The position numbers and the translations under genes were made by a program. This document shows, in pieces, positions 29,602 to 42,068 of a stretch of DNA of 64,000 bases. Below the pieces are notes generated by a model. The model did no database searches. It was not told where the DNA came from and saw only the letters and a program-made list of their open reading frames with translations. Position 1 is the first letter of the stretch, and each line of letters opens with the position of its first letter. Source of the stretch: Alphaproteobacteria bacterium (GTDB lineage Bacteria; Pseudomonadota; Alphaproteobacteria; SP197); contig OZ245842.1 of assembly GCA_965228895.1 (NCBI GenBank), positions 3,072,001-3,136,000 of the forward strand. The letters run 5' to 3'.

Positions 29602-31014
29602 ATGACAAAATCTTCCTGGCAGCCCGACCTCACCGTCTTCAAAGGCCCGCGCTATCTGGCTTTGGCCAGCGCCGTCGAGAGCGACATCACCGCCGGGCGG
29701 CTGAAACCGGGCGAGCGCCTGCCGACCCACCGCGACCTCGCGTGGCATCTGGGCGTGACCGTCGGAACTGTCAGCCGGGGTTATGCCGAGGCGCTGCGCC
29801 GAGGGCTGCTGACCGGCGAGGTCGGACGGGGCACCTTCGTGCGCGGCGACGTGGTGCCCAGCTTCAATTCGGTCACGCTGAACCCGCTGCCGATCCGCGG
29901 CGGCAACGAAGCCGGACTGATCAACATGGGCGCGAACGTGCCGCCGATCACCGAGCAGACAAAAATGTTTCGCGACATGCTGCGCGAGCTTGCCGACGAT
30001 GAAGAGCTCGACAGACAACTGATCTATCCGCCCTATGTCGGGACCGGACCGGCGCGGCTGGCGGCGGCGCAGTGGCTCAGCGACACGGCGTTCCCCGTAT
30101 CGCCGGAAGAAATCTTTATCACCAGCGGCTGTCAGCACGCCTTGATGGTGGCGTTTCATTTGATGGCGCGGCCAGGCGACACGGTTCTGGTCGAACGCCT
30201 CACCTATCCGGGCCTGAAATCTCTAGCGCACATGATGCAGGTGCGCCTGGTCGGCGTCGACATGGATGACGACGGCATCATGCCGGATGCGTTGGATGCC
30301 GCGTGCCGCGGTCACGCACCGAAGCTGCTGTGCATCGTGCCGACCATGCAAAACCCGCGCAACATCGTGATGTCCGACGAACGTCGGCGCGCGATCGCCG
30401 CCGTCGCCGACCGCCACGATGTGCCGATCCTGGAAGACGGCATCTACAATTTCCTTGAAGAACACAAGCCGGTGCCGATCCAGACCTATACGACCGTGCC
30501 AGGATTCTTTGTCACAAGTTTCTCGAAGAACGTCGCGGCGGCGCTTCGCACCGGCCTGCTGATCGCCGATAGCAGCCACAAGGAAACGATCATCCGTCTG
30601 ATGGGCGCGAGTTGCCTGCACGCTCCCAACCTGATGGTCGACGCGTGCCGCCGCTGGATCGAGAGCGGTCAAATCGCACACTCCGAAGCCGCGGTGCGCA
30701 AAGACATCGCCGAGCGCCAGACAATCGCGCGCGAGCACCTCTCCGACCTGGAGATGGAGACCCATCCCAACGGCTATCACGTCTGGGCCTACCTGCCGGA
30801 ACCCTGGCGACCGCTGGAGTTCACCCGCGCAGCCGAAGAACGCGGCGTCGCCATCGCACCGGCCGAGACCTTCACCATCGGGCGCGAACCCGCCCCCTTC
30901 GCCGTGCGCCTGTCGCTGACAGCACCACGCGATCACGACGAACTGCGCCATGGGCTCGGCGTCGTGCGCAGCCTGCTCGATGCCGGCCACGCCCGTGCGG
31001 TCGCGGTGGTTTAG
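29602..31014 (+). CDS. MocR/GabR family regulator (GntR wHTH + PLP aminotransferase domain)
   Basis: LKPGERLPTHRDLA, GRGTFV, SFSK. Confidence 0.93.
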   Translation: MTKSSWQPDLTVFKGPRYLALASAVESDITAGRLKPGERLPTHRDLAWHLGVTVGTVSRGYAEALRRGLLTGEVGRGTFVRGDVVPSFNSVTLNPLPIRGGNEAGLINMGANVPPITEQTKMFRDMLRELADDEELDRQLIYPPYVGTGPARLAAAQWLSDTAFPVSPEEIFITSGCQHALMVAFHLMARPGDTVLVERLTYPGLKSLAHMMQVRLVGVDMDDDGIMPDALDAACRGHAPKLLCIVPTMQNPRNIVMSDERRRAIAAVADRHDVPILEDGIYNFLEEHKPVPIQTYTTVPGFFVTSFSKNVAAALRTGLLIADSSHKETIIRLMGASCLHAPNLMVDACRRWIESGQIAHSEAAVRKDIAERQTIAREHLSDLEMETHPNGYHVWAYLPEPWRPLEFTRAAEERGVAIAPAETFTIGREPAPFAVRLSLTAPRDHDELRHGLGVVRSLLDAGHARAVAVV

Positions 31015-31045
31015 CGCCGCGTCACCTGGTCCCGCGTTTGGCCAA

Positions 31046-32029
31046 TCAAGGATTTGACAGGGCGTACGCCTTTCCAGCCATGAACTCGCAGAGCAATGTC
31101 GCAAGCATGTTTCCGGTGTTCTTGGTGTGGTCGATCAACGGCGCGTACTCCGTGACGTCCATGGCACCCGCACCCGCCATCCCCAGACGACGAATGAAGC
31201 GCATCACTTCAAAAGGTTGAAATCCGCCCGGGCCCGGATACTGGGTCGCCGGCGCGAAAGTGTGATCCATGGCATCGATGTCGAACGTCACATAAAAGGC
31301 CGACGTGTTACGGGTGGCGATCTCGATGGCCTCTTCGATGCACGCCTCCAGGCCCCGCTCGTAAAACTCTTCCATCGTATAGAAACTGATGCCCATGTTC
31401 CGGCCTTCACGGATTTCCCGTCCGGAGTTGGCAAAGCCGCGAAGTCCAAAAAAGGCGACGTTTTCCGGTCGGACATGCCCACCTTCAACCAGGCGCCTCA
31501 GCGGACACCCGCAGTAGTGAATGTCGCCCTTGTAGGACTGCATGAAGTCGGGGTGTCCATCGAACCAGACGACGCCGACATTCTTGTCATGGTGTTCGGA
31601 GAACGCGCGAAGTGTCGCCTCGGTTATGCTGTGGCTGCCGCCCGCTATGACGGGAATGCCGCGATCACCGAGTATCCGCGCTACGGCGGCTTCGGTTCTC
31701 TCAAACGTCACGTCGTAGCTCATGTACTCGACCTCGACATCGCCGACATCGACAAACCCGTTGGTCTCCGTGAAATCGAGATCGAGATCGATGCTGTACG
31801 GTCGCAGTTTTGACAGCGCGGCGCGCAGCCCGTCCGGCCCGCCCTTGCCACCGACATCGTTGATCAAGAGGCCTTCGAACGGCACGCCGAAAAAGCAGAA
31901 TGTATCCGGCTCGATTGTACCCTCGGTTCTCACCAAACCGCCAAGTTTGGCAAAGGCGGGATCAACCACGCTCTGCACCGACCATCCCGGTCGCTTCATC
32001 ATGTGCGGTATGCCAAAGCTCATCGACAT
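31046..32029 (-). CDS. arginase/agmatinase (ureohydrolase) family protein
   Basis: GVPF, GGSHS, DGHPD, TFDIDAMD, PGG, TE. Confidence 0.88.
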   Translation of the reverse strand: MSMSFGIPHMMKRPGWSVQSVVDPAFAKLGGLVRTEGTIEPDTFCFFGVPFEGLLINDVGGKGGPDGLRAALSKLRPYSIDLDLDFTETNGFVDVGDVEVEYMSYDVTFERTEAAVARILGDRGIPVIAGGSHSITEATLRAFSEHHDKNVGVVWFDGHPDFMQSYKGDIHYCGCPLRRLVEGGHVRPENVAFFGLRGFANSGREIREGRNMGISFYTMEEFYERGLEACIEEAIEIATRNTSAFYVTFDIDAMDHTFAPATQYPGPGGFQPFEVMRFIRRLGMAGAGAMDVTEYAPLIDHTKNTGNMLATLLCEFMAGKAYALSNP

Positions 32030-32185
32030 TTCTCCCACTCCTGTAATCGCAGGGCCGGCTCTGAACGAGCTTGACGATTGTCATGAGGCCCTTCCGGCCG
32101 CCCCCGGCTGACGGTGACATCCGTCAAACCGGCCGGTAGTTTGGCTGATCGATAGGCCGGCACGATAGAAGCCCGGCTCAAACTC

Positions 32186-33145
32186 ATGTTTGGCAGAGGT
32201 CAAACAGTGTCTCGACGACCAACTCCGGCAAACCGGTATCTGAGCGCAGTTCAGGATGTCGACCTGCGTCATCTGCGCGTTTTCATGGCTGTCGTGGAAC
32301 ACGGTGGGTTTTCAGCCGCTGAGTCCGCTCTCAACATCGGCCGTTCAACTATCAGCCTGCAAATGACCGAACTTGAGCAGCGCCTGGGCATGAAGCTGTG
32401 CCATCGCCGCGGCTCGTTTCGGTTGACCCAGCACGGCGAGATCGTTCACCGCGCAGCGATCGACCTGTACGGCGCCCTCGAACAATTCCAAGACCAGATC
32501 CATGCAGCGCACGACGTCTTGTCGGGCGAGCTCAAGATCGGTTACGTCGATCAATTGATCTCACACCCTGAGTTTCGCCTGCGCGAAGCACTGCAAAACT
32601 TCAACCAGATCGCTCCCAGAGTTCGCGTCACCCTGCGAGTCACGAGCACGGACGAAATTGAACGCGGCGTCCTAGCGGGAGAGATCGATTTCGGCATTGT
32701 GCCCGACTACCGGCGCCTGCCCGGTTTGACGTATCGGTCCTACGTTGAGGAAGTGCAAAAACTGTACTGTGCGTCGGGACATCCCCTGTTCAGCCGCCCG
32801 GATACATCGATCGATCTGCCCCAGATAGCCGGGGCGAACCACGCCATCTCAGGCTATATGGACCCCGCAAGACTGTATGGAGACGACCTTCGTGTCGAAC
32901 CCGGCGCTATCGCGTATGGCGCCGAGGCGTTAGCCCAACTGATTCTTACCGGACGCTATGTCGGCATGTTGCCGGTTCATCATGCAGAGCAATGGACGAG
33001 AAACGGGGCGATGCGGCCGTTGTTATCCGACCGGTTTACCATCCGCCGTCAATTCAGCGTCATCCGAAGAAAGAACAACGAAGGAGAGCACGTCGTCGAT
33101 CAGTTTCTGATTGAGCTGATCGGCACCGACCAAGCTGGAATCTAG
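32186..33145 (+). CDS. LysR family transcriptional regulator
   Basis: LRVFMAVVEHGGFSAA HTH; divergent from ureohydrolase; alternative GTG start at 32207. Confidence 0.92.
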   Translation: MFGRGQTVSRRPTPANRYLSAVQDVDLRHLRVFMAVVEHGGFSAAESALNIGRSTISLQMTELEQRLGMKLCHRRGSFRLTQHGEIVHRAAIDLYGALEQFQDQIHAAHDVLSGELKIGYVDQLISHPEFRLREALQNFNQIAPRVRVTLRVTSTDEIERGVLAGEIDFGIVPDYRRLPGLTYRSYVEEVQKLYCASGHPLFSRPDTSIDLPQIAGANHAISGYMDPARLYGDDLRVEPGAIAYGAEALAQLILTGRYVGMLPVHHAEQWTRNGAMRPLLSDRFTIRRQFSVIRRKNNEGEHVVDQFLIELIGTDQAGI

Positions 33146-33167
33146 CCCTGTCGAGGTGGTTTAGACC

Positions 33168-34286
33168 TCAGTCGTCAACTGACGGCGGCACCAGGACGAA
33201 GTTGCCGACGAAGTCCTTCTTCATGAATTCCTTCTGCGCTTCGGCGATCTGATCCAGGGGAAAGGTCCTGGCAACCAGGGGTCTGATCTCGCCCGCTTCG
33301 ATGTAGCGAATGAGATTGGGAAACACCGGCTCGTCCCACGCGGTGCAGCCGATCAAGGTGATGTCTTTCAGGTACATGTCGCGCATGTCAAGCGAGACGA
33401 CAGGCCCGGCGATAGCGCCCGACGACACATAACGCCCGCCCCGCTTCAGAACCTTCAGCATCTGTGGGAAGCCCGGCCCGGCGACATTATCGACAACGAC
33501 GTCGACGCTGTCGGCACCGAGCAGTGCGACAAGATCGTCATCGCGGTCGACCACGCCATCGGCGCCGATGGCGCTGACCTGATCGAGCTTTGACCGGCTG
33601 GCTATTGCCGTGACGCGGGCGCCTCGCCGTTTGGCAAGCTGAACCGTGGCGGATCCGACACCGCCGGAGGCACCGGCAACGAGAACATGGTCGCCGTTTC
33701 CAACGCTAGCGCGATGCAGCATGTTTTCCGACGTCGCATAGGCGCACGGGATTGTCGCCAGTTCTTCGTCGGTCCAGTCGCAGTGGACGGCAAAGATCTC
33801 TGTGGCCGGTACCTTCACGTACTGCGCGAACGCACCGTCGAAGTCCGACGCCATCCAGACGTTGTCCATGGTGTCGTAGCCGTTCGGCCGCATACACGCG
33901 CGCACCAGGACACGTTGGCCGATGATGCCGTCGTCAACACCCGAACCGACCTCAACCACCCGGCCGCAGCAGTCGGTGCCCTGGATGAACGGAAACGGCG
34001 TCGCCTCGTTCCAGCCGCCATCGGCCTTCTGATCGGCTTCCTGACTCTGCACATCCGCCGTCGAGTCCGTGCTGTCGGTCACCGACGAGGAATACCAGCC
34101 CAGGCGCGTGTTGATTTCGGTGTTGTTGACGCCGGCCGCCAGGACCTGCAGCAGAACCTCGCCGGGCCCCGGTTGGGGAACAGGGACCTCGCGGTAGTCG
34201 AGCATGTCGTAGTCGCCGTTGCCGGTGGTCACGACCGCCATCATGGTTCGGTCGCACCCGGCGATGTCGAAACGGTCTGCGTTCAT
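33168..34286 (-). CDS. MDR (alcohol dehydrogenase/quinone reductase) family oxidoreductase
   Basis: GroES-like domain, GASGGVG. Confidence 0.88.
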   Translation of the reverse strand: MNADRFDIAGCDRTMMAVVTTGNGDYDMLDYREVPVPQPGPGEVLLQVLAAGVNNTEINTRLGWYSSSVTDSTDSTADVQSQEADQKADGGWNEATPFPFIQGTDCCGRVVEVGSGVDDGIIGQRVLVRACMRPNGYDTMDNVWMASDFDGAFAQYVKVPATEIFAVHCDWTDEELATIPCAYATSENMLHRASVGNGDHVLVAGASGGVGSATVQLAKRRGARVTAIASRSKLDQVSAIGADGVVDRDDDLVALLGADSVDVVVDNVAGPGFPQMLKVLKRGGRYVSSGAIAGPVVSLDMRDMYLKDITLIGCTAWDEPVFPNLIRYIEAGEIRPLVARTFPLDQIAEAQKEFMKKDFVGNFVLVPPSVDD

Positions 34287-34365
34287 TCTACCCGTCCGTG
34301 GTCATGGATCCCGGCTCGCACGGCGCCTGGCCGGGATGCGGCGATAAGATATGGTGTCGTGATCC

Positions 34366-35712
34366 CTACGCCGCGCCGGCGATGACCTCGGCGAGGTGAT
34401 CGACGACTTCGCCAACGACGGCCTTGTCGTCGTGTTCGGCCATGATTCTGATCAGGGGTTCGGTGCCAGACTTGCGCACCAGCAGGCGGCCCTCGCCCGC
34501 CAGGCGCGCCTCGACATCGCTGATCGCAGCCTGGACACCGGCGTCGTCGAGCGGCTGGCTACCGGCGAAGCGGACATTTTTTAGGATCTGGGGCACGGGC
34601 TCGAACTGATGGCCCAGTTCGCTCATCGATTGGCCGGTTGCCGCGCGCACGGCGAGCACCTGAAGTGCCGCGATCAAACCGTCGCCCGTGGTCGCGTGGT
34701 CGGCCAAAACAATGTGCCCCGACTGTTCGCCACCCATGTTGTAGCCGTGCTTGCGCATATGCTCGACCACATAGCGATCGCCGACCTGGGTGCGAACCAG
34801 TTCAAGCCCCTTGGCCTGCATGTGGCGTTCCAGGCCCAGGTTCGACATGACGGTCGCGACCACGCCACCGCCCTTGAGCTCGCCGGCATCGGCCAGCCGG
34901 CCGGCGATAAGCGCCATGATCTGGTCGCCATCAATCACCTTGCCGGTTTCGTCCGCGATGATCAGGCGGTCGGCGTCACCGTCGAGCGCGATACCAAGGT
35001 CGGCGCCATGGGTCACGACCGCCTGGCACATGGCTTCGGGCGATGTCGAACCGCAGTTTTTGTTGATGTTGTAGCCGTTGGGATCGACACCGACCGGCAC
35101 GACCTCGGCACCCAGTTCCCACAACGCTTCCGGCGCGACGCGGTAGGCCGCGCCGTTGGCGGCGTCGATGACGACCTTTTGGCCGTGCAGGGTGAGGTCG
35201 CGCGGGAACGTGTTCTTGCAGTACTCGGTGTAGCGGCCGCCAAGCGCATCATCCAAACGCCAGGCGCGGCCCAGCCGTTCGGGCGCGGCAAGGTTGTCGG
35301 CGACACCGTTTTCCATGCGCGCTTCGATGTCGGCCTCGGTCTCGTCGCTCAGCTTGAAGCCGTCCGGACCAAACAGCTTGATGCCGTTGTCCTGAAACAG
35401 ATTGTGCGAGGCCGAGATCATGACGCCCAAATCGGCGCGCAGCGACTTTGTCAGCATGGCGACCGCCGGCGTCGGCATCGGCCCGAGCAGAACGACTTCC
35501 ATGCCGACTGCGAGAAAACCGGATGCCAGTGCGTTTTCCAGCATGTAGCAGGACCGGCGCGTATCCTTGCCCAGGACGACGCGATGCACGCCGCCGTCGC
35601 GGGTGAACTGCAGCCCCGCCGCCATGCCGACCTGCAGCGCTGTCGCCGCCGTCATCGGCTCGACATTGGCCTGACCGCGGATACCGTCGGTGCCAAAGAG
35701 CTTTCGTGTCAT
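34366..35712 (-). CDS. glmM: phosphoglucosamine mutase
   Basis: [27 protein letters not shown]. Confidence 0.97.
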   Translation of the reverse strand: MTRKLFGTDGIRGQANVEPMTAATALQVGMAAGLQFTRDGGVHRVVLGKDTRRSCYMLENALASGFLAVGMEVVLLGPMPTPAVAMLTKSLRADLGVMISASHNLFQDNGIKLFGPDGFKLSDETEADIEARMENGVADNLAAPERLGRAWRLDDALGGRYTEYCKNTFPRDLTLHGQKVVIDAANGAAYRVAPEALWELGAEVVPVGVDPNGYNINKNCGSTSPEAMCQAVVTHGADLGIALDGDADRLIIADETGKVIDGDQIMALIAGRLADAGELKGGGVVATVMSNLGLERHMQAKGLELVRTQVGDRYVVEHMRKHGYNMGGEQSGHIVLADHATTGDGLIAALQVLAVRAATGQSMSELGHQFEPVPQILKNVRFAGSQPLDDAGVQAAISDVEARLAGEGRLLVRKSGTEPLIRIMAEHDDKAVVGEVVDHLAEVIAGAA

Positions 35713-36838
35713 CCGGTTTCACCCCTGCCCTCGACCGCCTGCCAGACCCGTACCGCCTGCACGGTCTGAGGCACGTCGTGGACCCGTAGTATTTGCACGC
35801 CGGCGCGCAGCCCGGCAAGGGCGAGCGCGAGACTGCCGGCCAGCCGCTCCTTGGGTGCTGCTTTCCCGGCGGTGCGTTCGATCAGACTCTTGCGCGAGGC
35901 TCCCAGCAGGATCGGGCAGCCGAGGCCGTGAAACAGCGGGAGATCGCGCATCAGCGTCAGATTGTGATCGAGTGTTTTGCCGAAGCCGATGCCGGGATCG
36001 ACACAAATGTTGCTGCGCGCGATGCCGCGCTCCAGGCAGGCCGCGATCCTGGCCTCCAGATAGTCATAGACGTCCAGGCTGACGTGATCATAGGCGGGGG
36101 CGGCCTGCATGGTGCGCGGGTCGCCCTGGGCATGCATCAAGACAACGGGCACACCGCGCTGGGCGACCAGCTCGATCGCGGCGGGATCATAGGTCAGCGC
36201 GCTGACGTCGTTGACGATGGCCGCGCCGGCGTCAAGCGCGGCGGCCATGACGTCGGCCTTGCGGCTGTCGATGGAAAGCAGGACGCCGTCGGACGCCAAC
36301 GCCGCGACAACCGGCTCGACGCGGCGGATTTCATCGGCCGTCGACACCGGTTCGGAGCCCGGCCGGGTCGATTCGCCGCCAATGTCGAGGATCTCGGCCC
36401 CCGCGTCGGCCTGCGCCCTGCCCTGGGCCGCCGCGTCATCGGGGGCCAGAGCGTCGCCGCCGTCTGAGAAGCTGTCAGGCGTTACGTTGATGATGCCCAT
36501 GATGTGCGGCTGGTCGAGCGTCAGACCGGCGAACGGTTCCGGCTGTTTGATCGACCGGCCGAGCTGGCGAAACATGGCGGCGGCGTGGGCGTCGTCGAGT
36601 TTTGCACGCCAATGACCAACGGCGTCGATGGTGTCGACAGCCTGCTCGACACGGTCGGCGTATCGGATCAGCACCTCGGCGCGGCTCGCCGGTGGTCCGG
36701 AACCGGCCAGCCGGTACTCGCCGGGAAGCACCGAGCCATCACTGGCCGGCGCTTCCGGCAGCGCTTTAACGTAGATTTTGGCGTCGGCTGGCAGCGCCTG
36801 GGGCAGCGCGTCGAGCGCCACCACAGGCAGACGCGTGG

Positions 36839-36842
<4 letters not shown>
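35709..36842 (-). CDS. folP: dihydropteroate synthase
   Basis: [40 protein letters not shown]. Confidence 0.95.
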
Positions 36843-38776
<1,934 letters not shown>

Positions 38777-38889
38777 CCGGGCCTCGTAAGCTAGCTGTGG
38801 CGCGGCTTTCTGGCCTGCCGATCAGCGTTATTCTATCACGGCGTCGACCTGACGCCATGGTTCAATACGCGCGCACTACCGGCTGCGGA

Positions 38890-40182
38890 TTACGCCATAA
38901 GTGACGAAAACCCGGCCGGTGCCAAGGGATGTTGCGGTGCAAACGTGGCCTTAAAACGACCGGACCCAACACCCCCGCGCATCCATTGAAGGTAGGGTAC
39001 CGCTGCCAAGCCTTCAAGGTCCGAGAACGCAGGCAGAACAACCGCGCTTTCCCTGGACAGTCCCTGTATGACACCAGCGTCGACGAGTTGCCGATAGCCT
39101 GCGACCCCGAGCGGCGCCACGGAAACCCCGTCGGCCACCGTCGAAACCAGGCAGCGGCCGTCCCATTGCTGAGTCTTTCCAGGGGTCAGCAGGCGGGGCT
39201 CTGGCAGACCCCGATTCTCACGGCAAATCAAAACTTTAGCGCCTTTGCGTCGCCACAGGCACCGGCCAAGGGTGCCGGTTGAGAACGTGTCCTCCTGGTC
39301 GAGCCGAGCGCAGAAATCCAACAGGCTGTGATGGCGCGGCCCAAAGATGTGTCCACCGACCGCCATGGCGGTGCGCGCCACCACGGCCTGGCGCCGCGTG
39401 TCATCAAAACTTCGCCATACGCTGAGATCGAGGACGGCATCGCCAGCGGGCGACAGGGCCACCGCCGCCGCCAAATCGGCGGCCCTTTGACTCTCCTCGG
39501 CCTGGCGCTGTCGCTGGTGATTGGCGATCACGTCAGCGTCGGGCAAGGGCGCACGCGAGCGGCGTAGCCGCCCTCTGGCGAACGCGGGGTCTAGATTGCT
39601 GGGATCCTCGACCCATTGAAGCCCCCGCGCCTTCGCTGTCGCCAGCAACCGGACCTTGGGGATACCCAAAACCGGCCGCAGGACGCGAAGATCATGCCAC
39701 TCAAGAAGCGCGCTCATGCCGGCAAGCCCGGGTGACGCGCTGTCGCGTTGGATGCGCATGGCGACGGTCTCGCCCTGGTCGTCAGCATGATGGGCGACCA
39801 GGAGATGCAAAATGCCGGCCTTCCGGCACGCCTCCGTCAAAAGGCCGTAGCGCGCATGCCGCGCCGCAATCTGGATACCGCTGGTGGGTTTGTCGCCGGT
39901 CCACACCAGGATCTCGCTTTTCAGGCCCAGCGCGCGGCAGCGGCGGGCGACGGTCGCCGCCTCGTCGGCGGACTCCGTGCGAAGGCCATGGTCGACGATA
40001 AGGGCGTGAACGCTACCGCGATGCCAATCGGCCCATGCACCGGCCAGCGCGGCCAGCGCCATGCTGTCGCCGCCCCCGGAGACGGCCACGGCGATCACGG
40101 GCCGCGCCTCGAACGGCGCGAACCGCGTCATCAGGCCATCAAACGCGTCGTCGGTGAGTGGCGCGGCAGCTTCTAGCTGCAC
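38890..40182 (-). CDS. tilS: tRNA(Ile)-lysidine synthetase
   Basis: AVSGGGDS, VDHGLR, AHHADDQ.ET, EDPSN. Confidence 0.95.
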   Translation of the reverse strand: MQLEAAAPLTDDAFDGLMTRFAPFEARPVIAVAVSGGGDSMALAALAGAWADWHRGSVHALIVDHGLRTESADEAATVARRCRALGLKSEILVWTGDKPTSGIQIAARHARYGLLTEACRKAGILHLLVAHHADDQGETVAMRIQRDSASPGLAGMSALLEWHDLRVLRPVLGIPKVRLLATAKARGLQWVEDPSNLDPAFARGRLRRSRAPLPDADVIANHQRQRQAEESQRAADLAAAVALSPAGDAVLDLSVWRSFDDTRRQAVVARTAMAVGGHIFGPRHHSLLDFCARLDQEDTFSTGTLGRCLWRRKGAKVLICRENRGLPEPRLLTPGKTQQWDGRCLVSTVADGVSVAPLGVAGYRQLVDAGVIQGLSRESAVVLPAFSDLEGLAAVPYLQWMRGGVGSGRFKATFAPQHPLAPAGFSSLMA

Positions 40183-41117
40183 CCGGCTCCCGCAGCTTCC
40201 TGGGCGGCCTTGTCGCGCATGTTCTGCGGCGCATCCGGGAACTTGCGGCCAAGCTCAGCGAACGTGGCGCAGGCTTCCGCCGTCTTGCCCAGGCGGCTCA
40301 ACGTCACACCCAGTTTCAGCAGGTTGTCCGGCGCTTTCGTGCTTTCGGGAAACTGCTGATAACCTTTCAGGAAGTTGATCGCCGCCTGCTGGAAATTGTT
40401 GCGGACATAAAAGGTCTCGCCCAGCCAGTAATAGGCATTGCCGGACAGATCACCGTTCGGATGCATGGTGAGGAATTCCTGGAACGCCGCTTCCGCCGCG
40501 TCATAGTCGGCCTGGCGGAGCAGCGAAAACGCGTAGTTGTATTGGTCCATCTCGCTGCCTGGCGGCAAGGTTGCACCGACCGAGGCGGTCTCCGTCGTGA
40601 CGACGGCACCGTCGTCGATCACCGTCGTGGTCTCGCTGACAACATCGGCCGCGTTACCGGTCGCGCCGCTCGTCGTGGCAACACCGCCGGTCGCCGCGCC
40701 GGCACCACCGCCTTCGAGCGCGGCAAGGCGCAGATCGACATCGGCGATCAATTGTTCTATCCGCTGCCCCTGTTGGCGCTGCTGGAACTGGAGTTCCTCG
40801 ATCTGGCCAGTCAGCGTGCGCAACCTCTCCTCCATCTGCATCAAGCGAACCTGCGCGCTGGCGCCTTCCTGTCCGGTCAAACCGGTGGTCGTGTCGATCG
40901 GCTGGACCGTGATGCCGGATGCCTCGAGCGCTTCGGCCGATATGCCGCCGCCTTCGCCGGAATAGACGAACCGCTGCAGGTCGGCCATGTCCGCGCGCAA
41001 GGCGTTGAGCTCCTGCTGCATGGTCTGGAGGTCGTAGATTTGGGCCTGGGATGCGGGTGCAGCCAGCATCAGGCCACACGCGCCGATCAAGGCAAGAAAG
41101 CGAATTCGGGTCGTCAT
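40173..41117 (-). CDS. cpoB: Tol-Pal system protein YbgF/CpoB
   Basis: Signal peptide, coiled coil, TPR (AYYWLGE, KAPDNLLKLG). Confidence 0.93.
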   Translation of the reverse strand: MTTRIRFLALIGACGLMLAAPASQAQIYDLQTMQQELNALRADMADLQRFVYSGEGGGISAEALEASGITVQPIDTTTGLTGQEGASAQVRLMQMEERLRTLTGQIEELQFQQRQQGQRIEQLIADVDLRLAALEGGGAGAATGGVATTSGATGNAADVVSETTTVIDDGAVVTTETASVGATLPPGSEMDQYNYAFSLLRQADYDAAEAAFQEFLTMHPNGDLSGNAYYWLGETFYVRNNFQQAAINFLKGYQQFPESTKAPDNLLKLGVTLSRLGKTAEACATFAELGRKFPDAPQNMRDKAAQEAAGAGCS

Positions 41118-41337
41118 GGGGCTCCCCGGCTGCTGTTTGAGCGGGTCACAACGTGATGGAACCGCTGTGGCGGTTTCATCGGGTCTTGCGAAGCCGCTCG
41201 ACATCAAGGTTTCAAAGCACACTCGCCCACATCGATGGCGTCGCATAGCGAGGCCAACGTCACGGGTTTCGCTCCAAAGGGGCCTTTAAGCGCCAAGCGC
41301 GGCAAAAATGCGGCATCGTGGCCACGCCTAAATGCGG

Positions 41338-41385
41338 CAAGGCCGCACGCTCGCCCGGTCGAAACCGGGGAAACGCACGGCCTTG
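41338..41385 (-). terminator. stem-loop downstream of pal
   Basis: CAAGGCCG...CCGGT-CGAA-ACCGG...CGGCCTTG. Confidence 0.55.
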
Positions 41386-41412
41386 TCACGAGAACTGCGT
41401 CGAAAAGCTTGC

Positions 41413-41910
41413 TCAGTTTACCTTCAGGTCGTCACGCCGGTTCTGGGCCCAAGCGGCTTCGGTGTGACCTTCGACCTTGGGGCGTTCCTTGCCGTAACTG
41501 ATGGTCGAGATACGGCTGGGATCGATGCCCAGAGCAATCAGGTAGTTCTTGGCAGCCTGCGCGCGGCGTTCGCCGAGCGCCAGGTTGTATTCGCGGGTGC
41601 CCCGCTCGTCAGCGTTACCTTCGATGGTCACGGAGACCTGCGGATAGGCCTGCATCCACTCGGCCCAGCGCTGGATCGTGCGCTCGGCATCAGCGGTGAT
41701 GACGGAGCTGTCGAAATCGAAGTAGACCGAACCGCCCAATTCCAGATCCACGAACTCCTGGCTCAACGGATCAATGGCTTCAACCATGACCACATCTTCT
41801 TCGATCATGACTTCACCCTGGCCGGACGCATCGTCGGCGGTCTCCGGCGTCGATTCGCACGCGGCGACGAGCAGCAAGGCAGCAAACAAACTCAGAATTT
41901 TAACGCGCAT
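41413..41910 (-). CDS. pal: peptidoglycan-associated lipoprotein
   Basis: Lipobox VAAC; DERGTREYNLALGERRA. Confidence 0.96.
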   Translation of the reverse strand: MRVKILSLFAALLLVAACESTPETADDASGQGEVMIEEDVVMVEAIDPLSQEFVDLELGGSVYFDFDSSVITADAERTIQRWAEWMQAYPQVSVTIEGNADERGTREYNLALGERRAQAAKNYLIALGIDPSRISTISYGKERPKVEGHTEAAWAQNRRDDLKVN

Positions 41911-42068
41911 GCGAGAAATCCCCTCTCTCTGGTGACTTAGACAAGTATTCGACGCGCTCTGAATAGACCAGGAAGGCTAAAAAAGCCCCCTTCATGGAGT
42001 TTCAGACAATCTCCGCCCATCCATTTCCAGGAAAAGCAAAAATCTAGCGCGACTATAAATTCGCTCCC

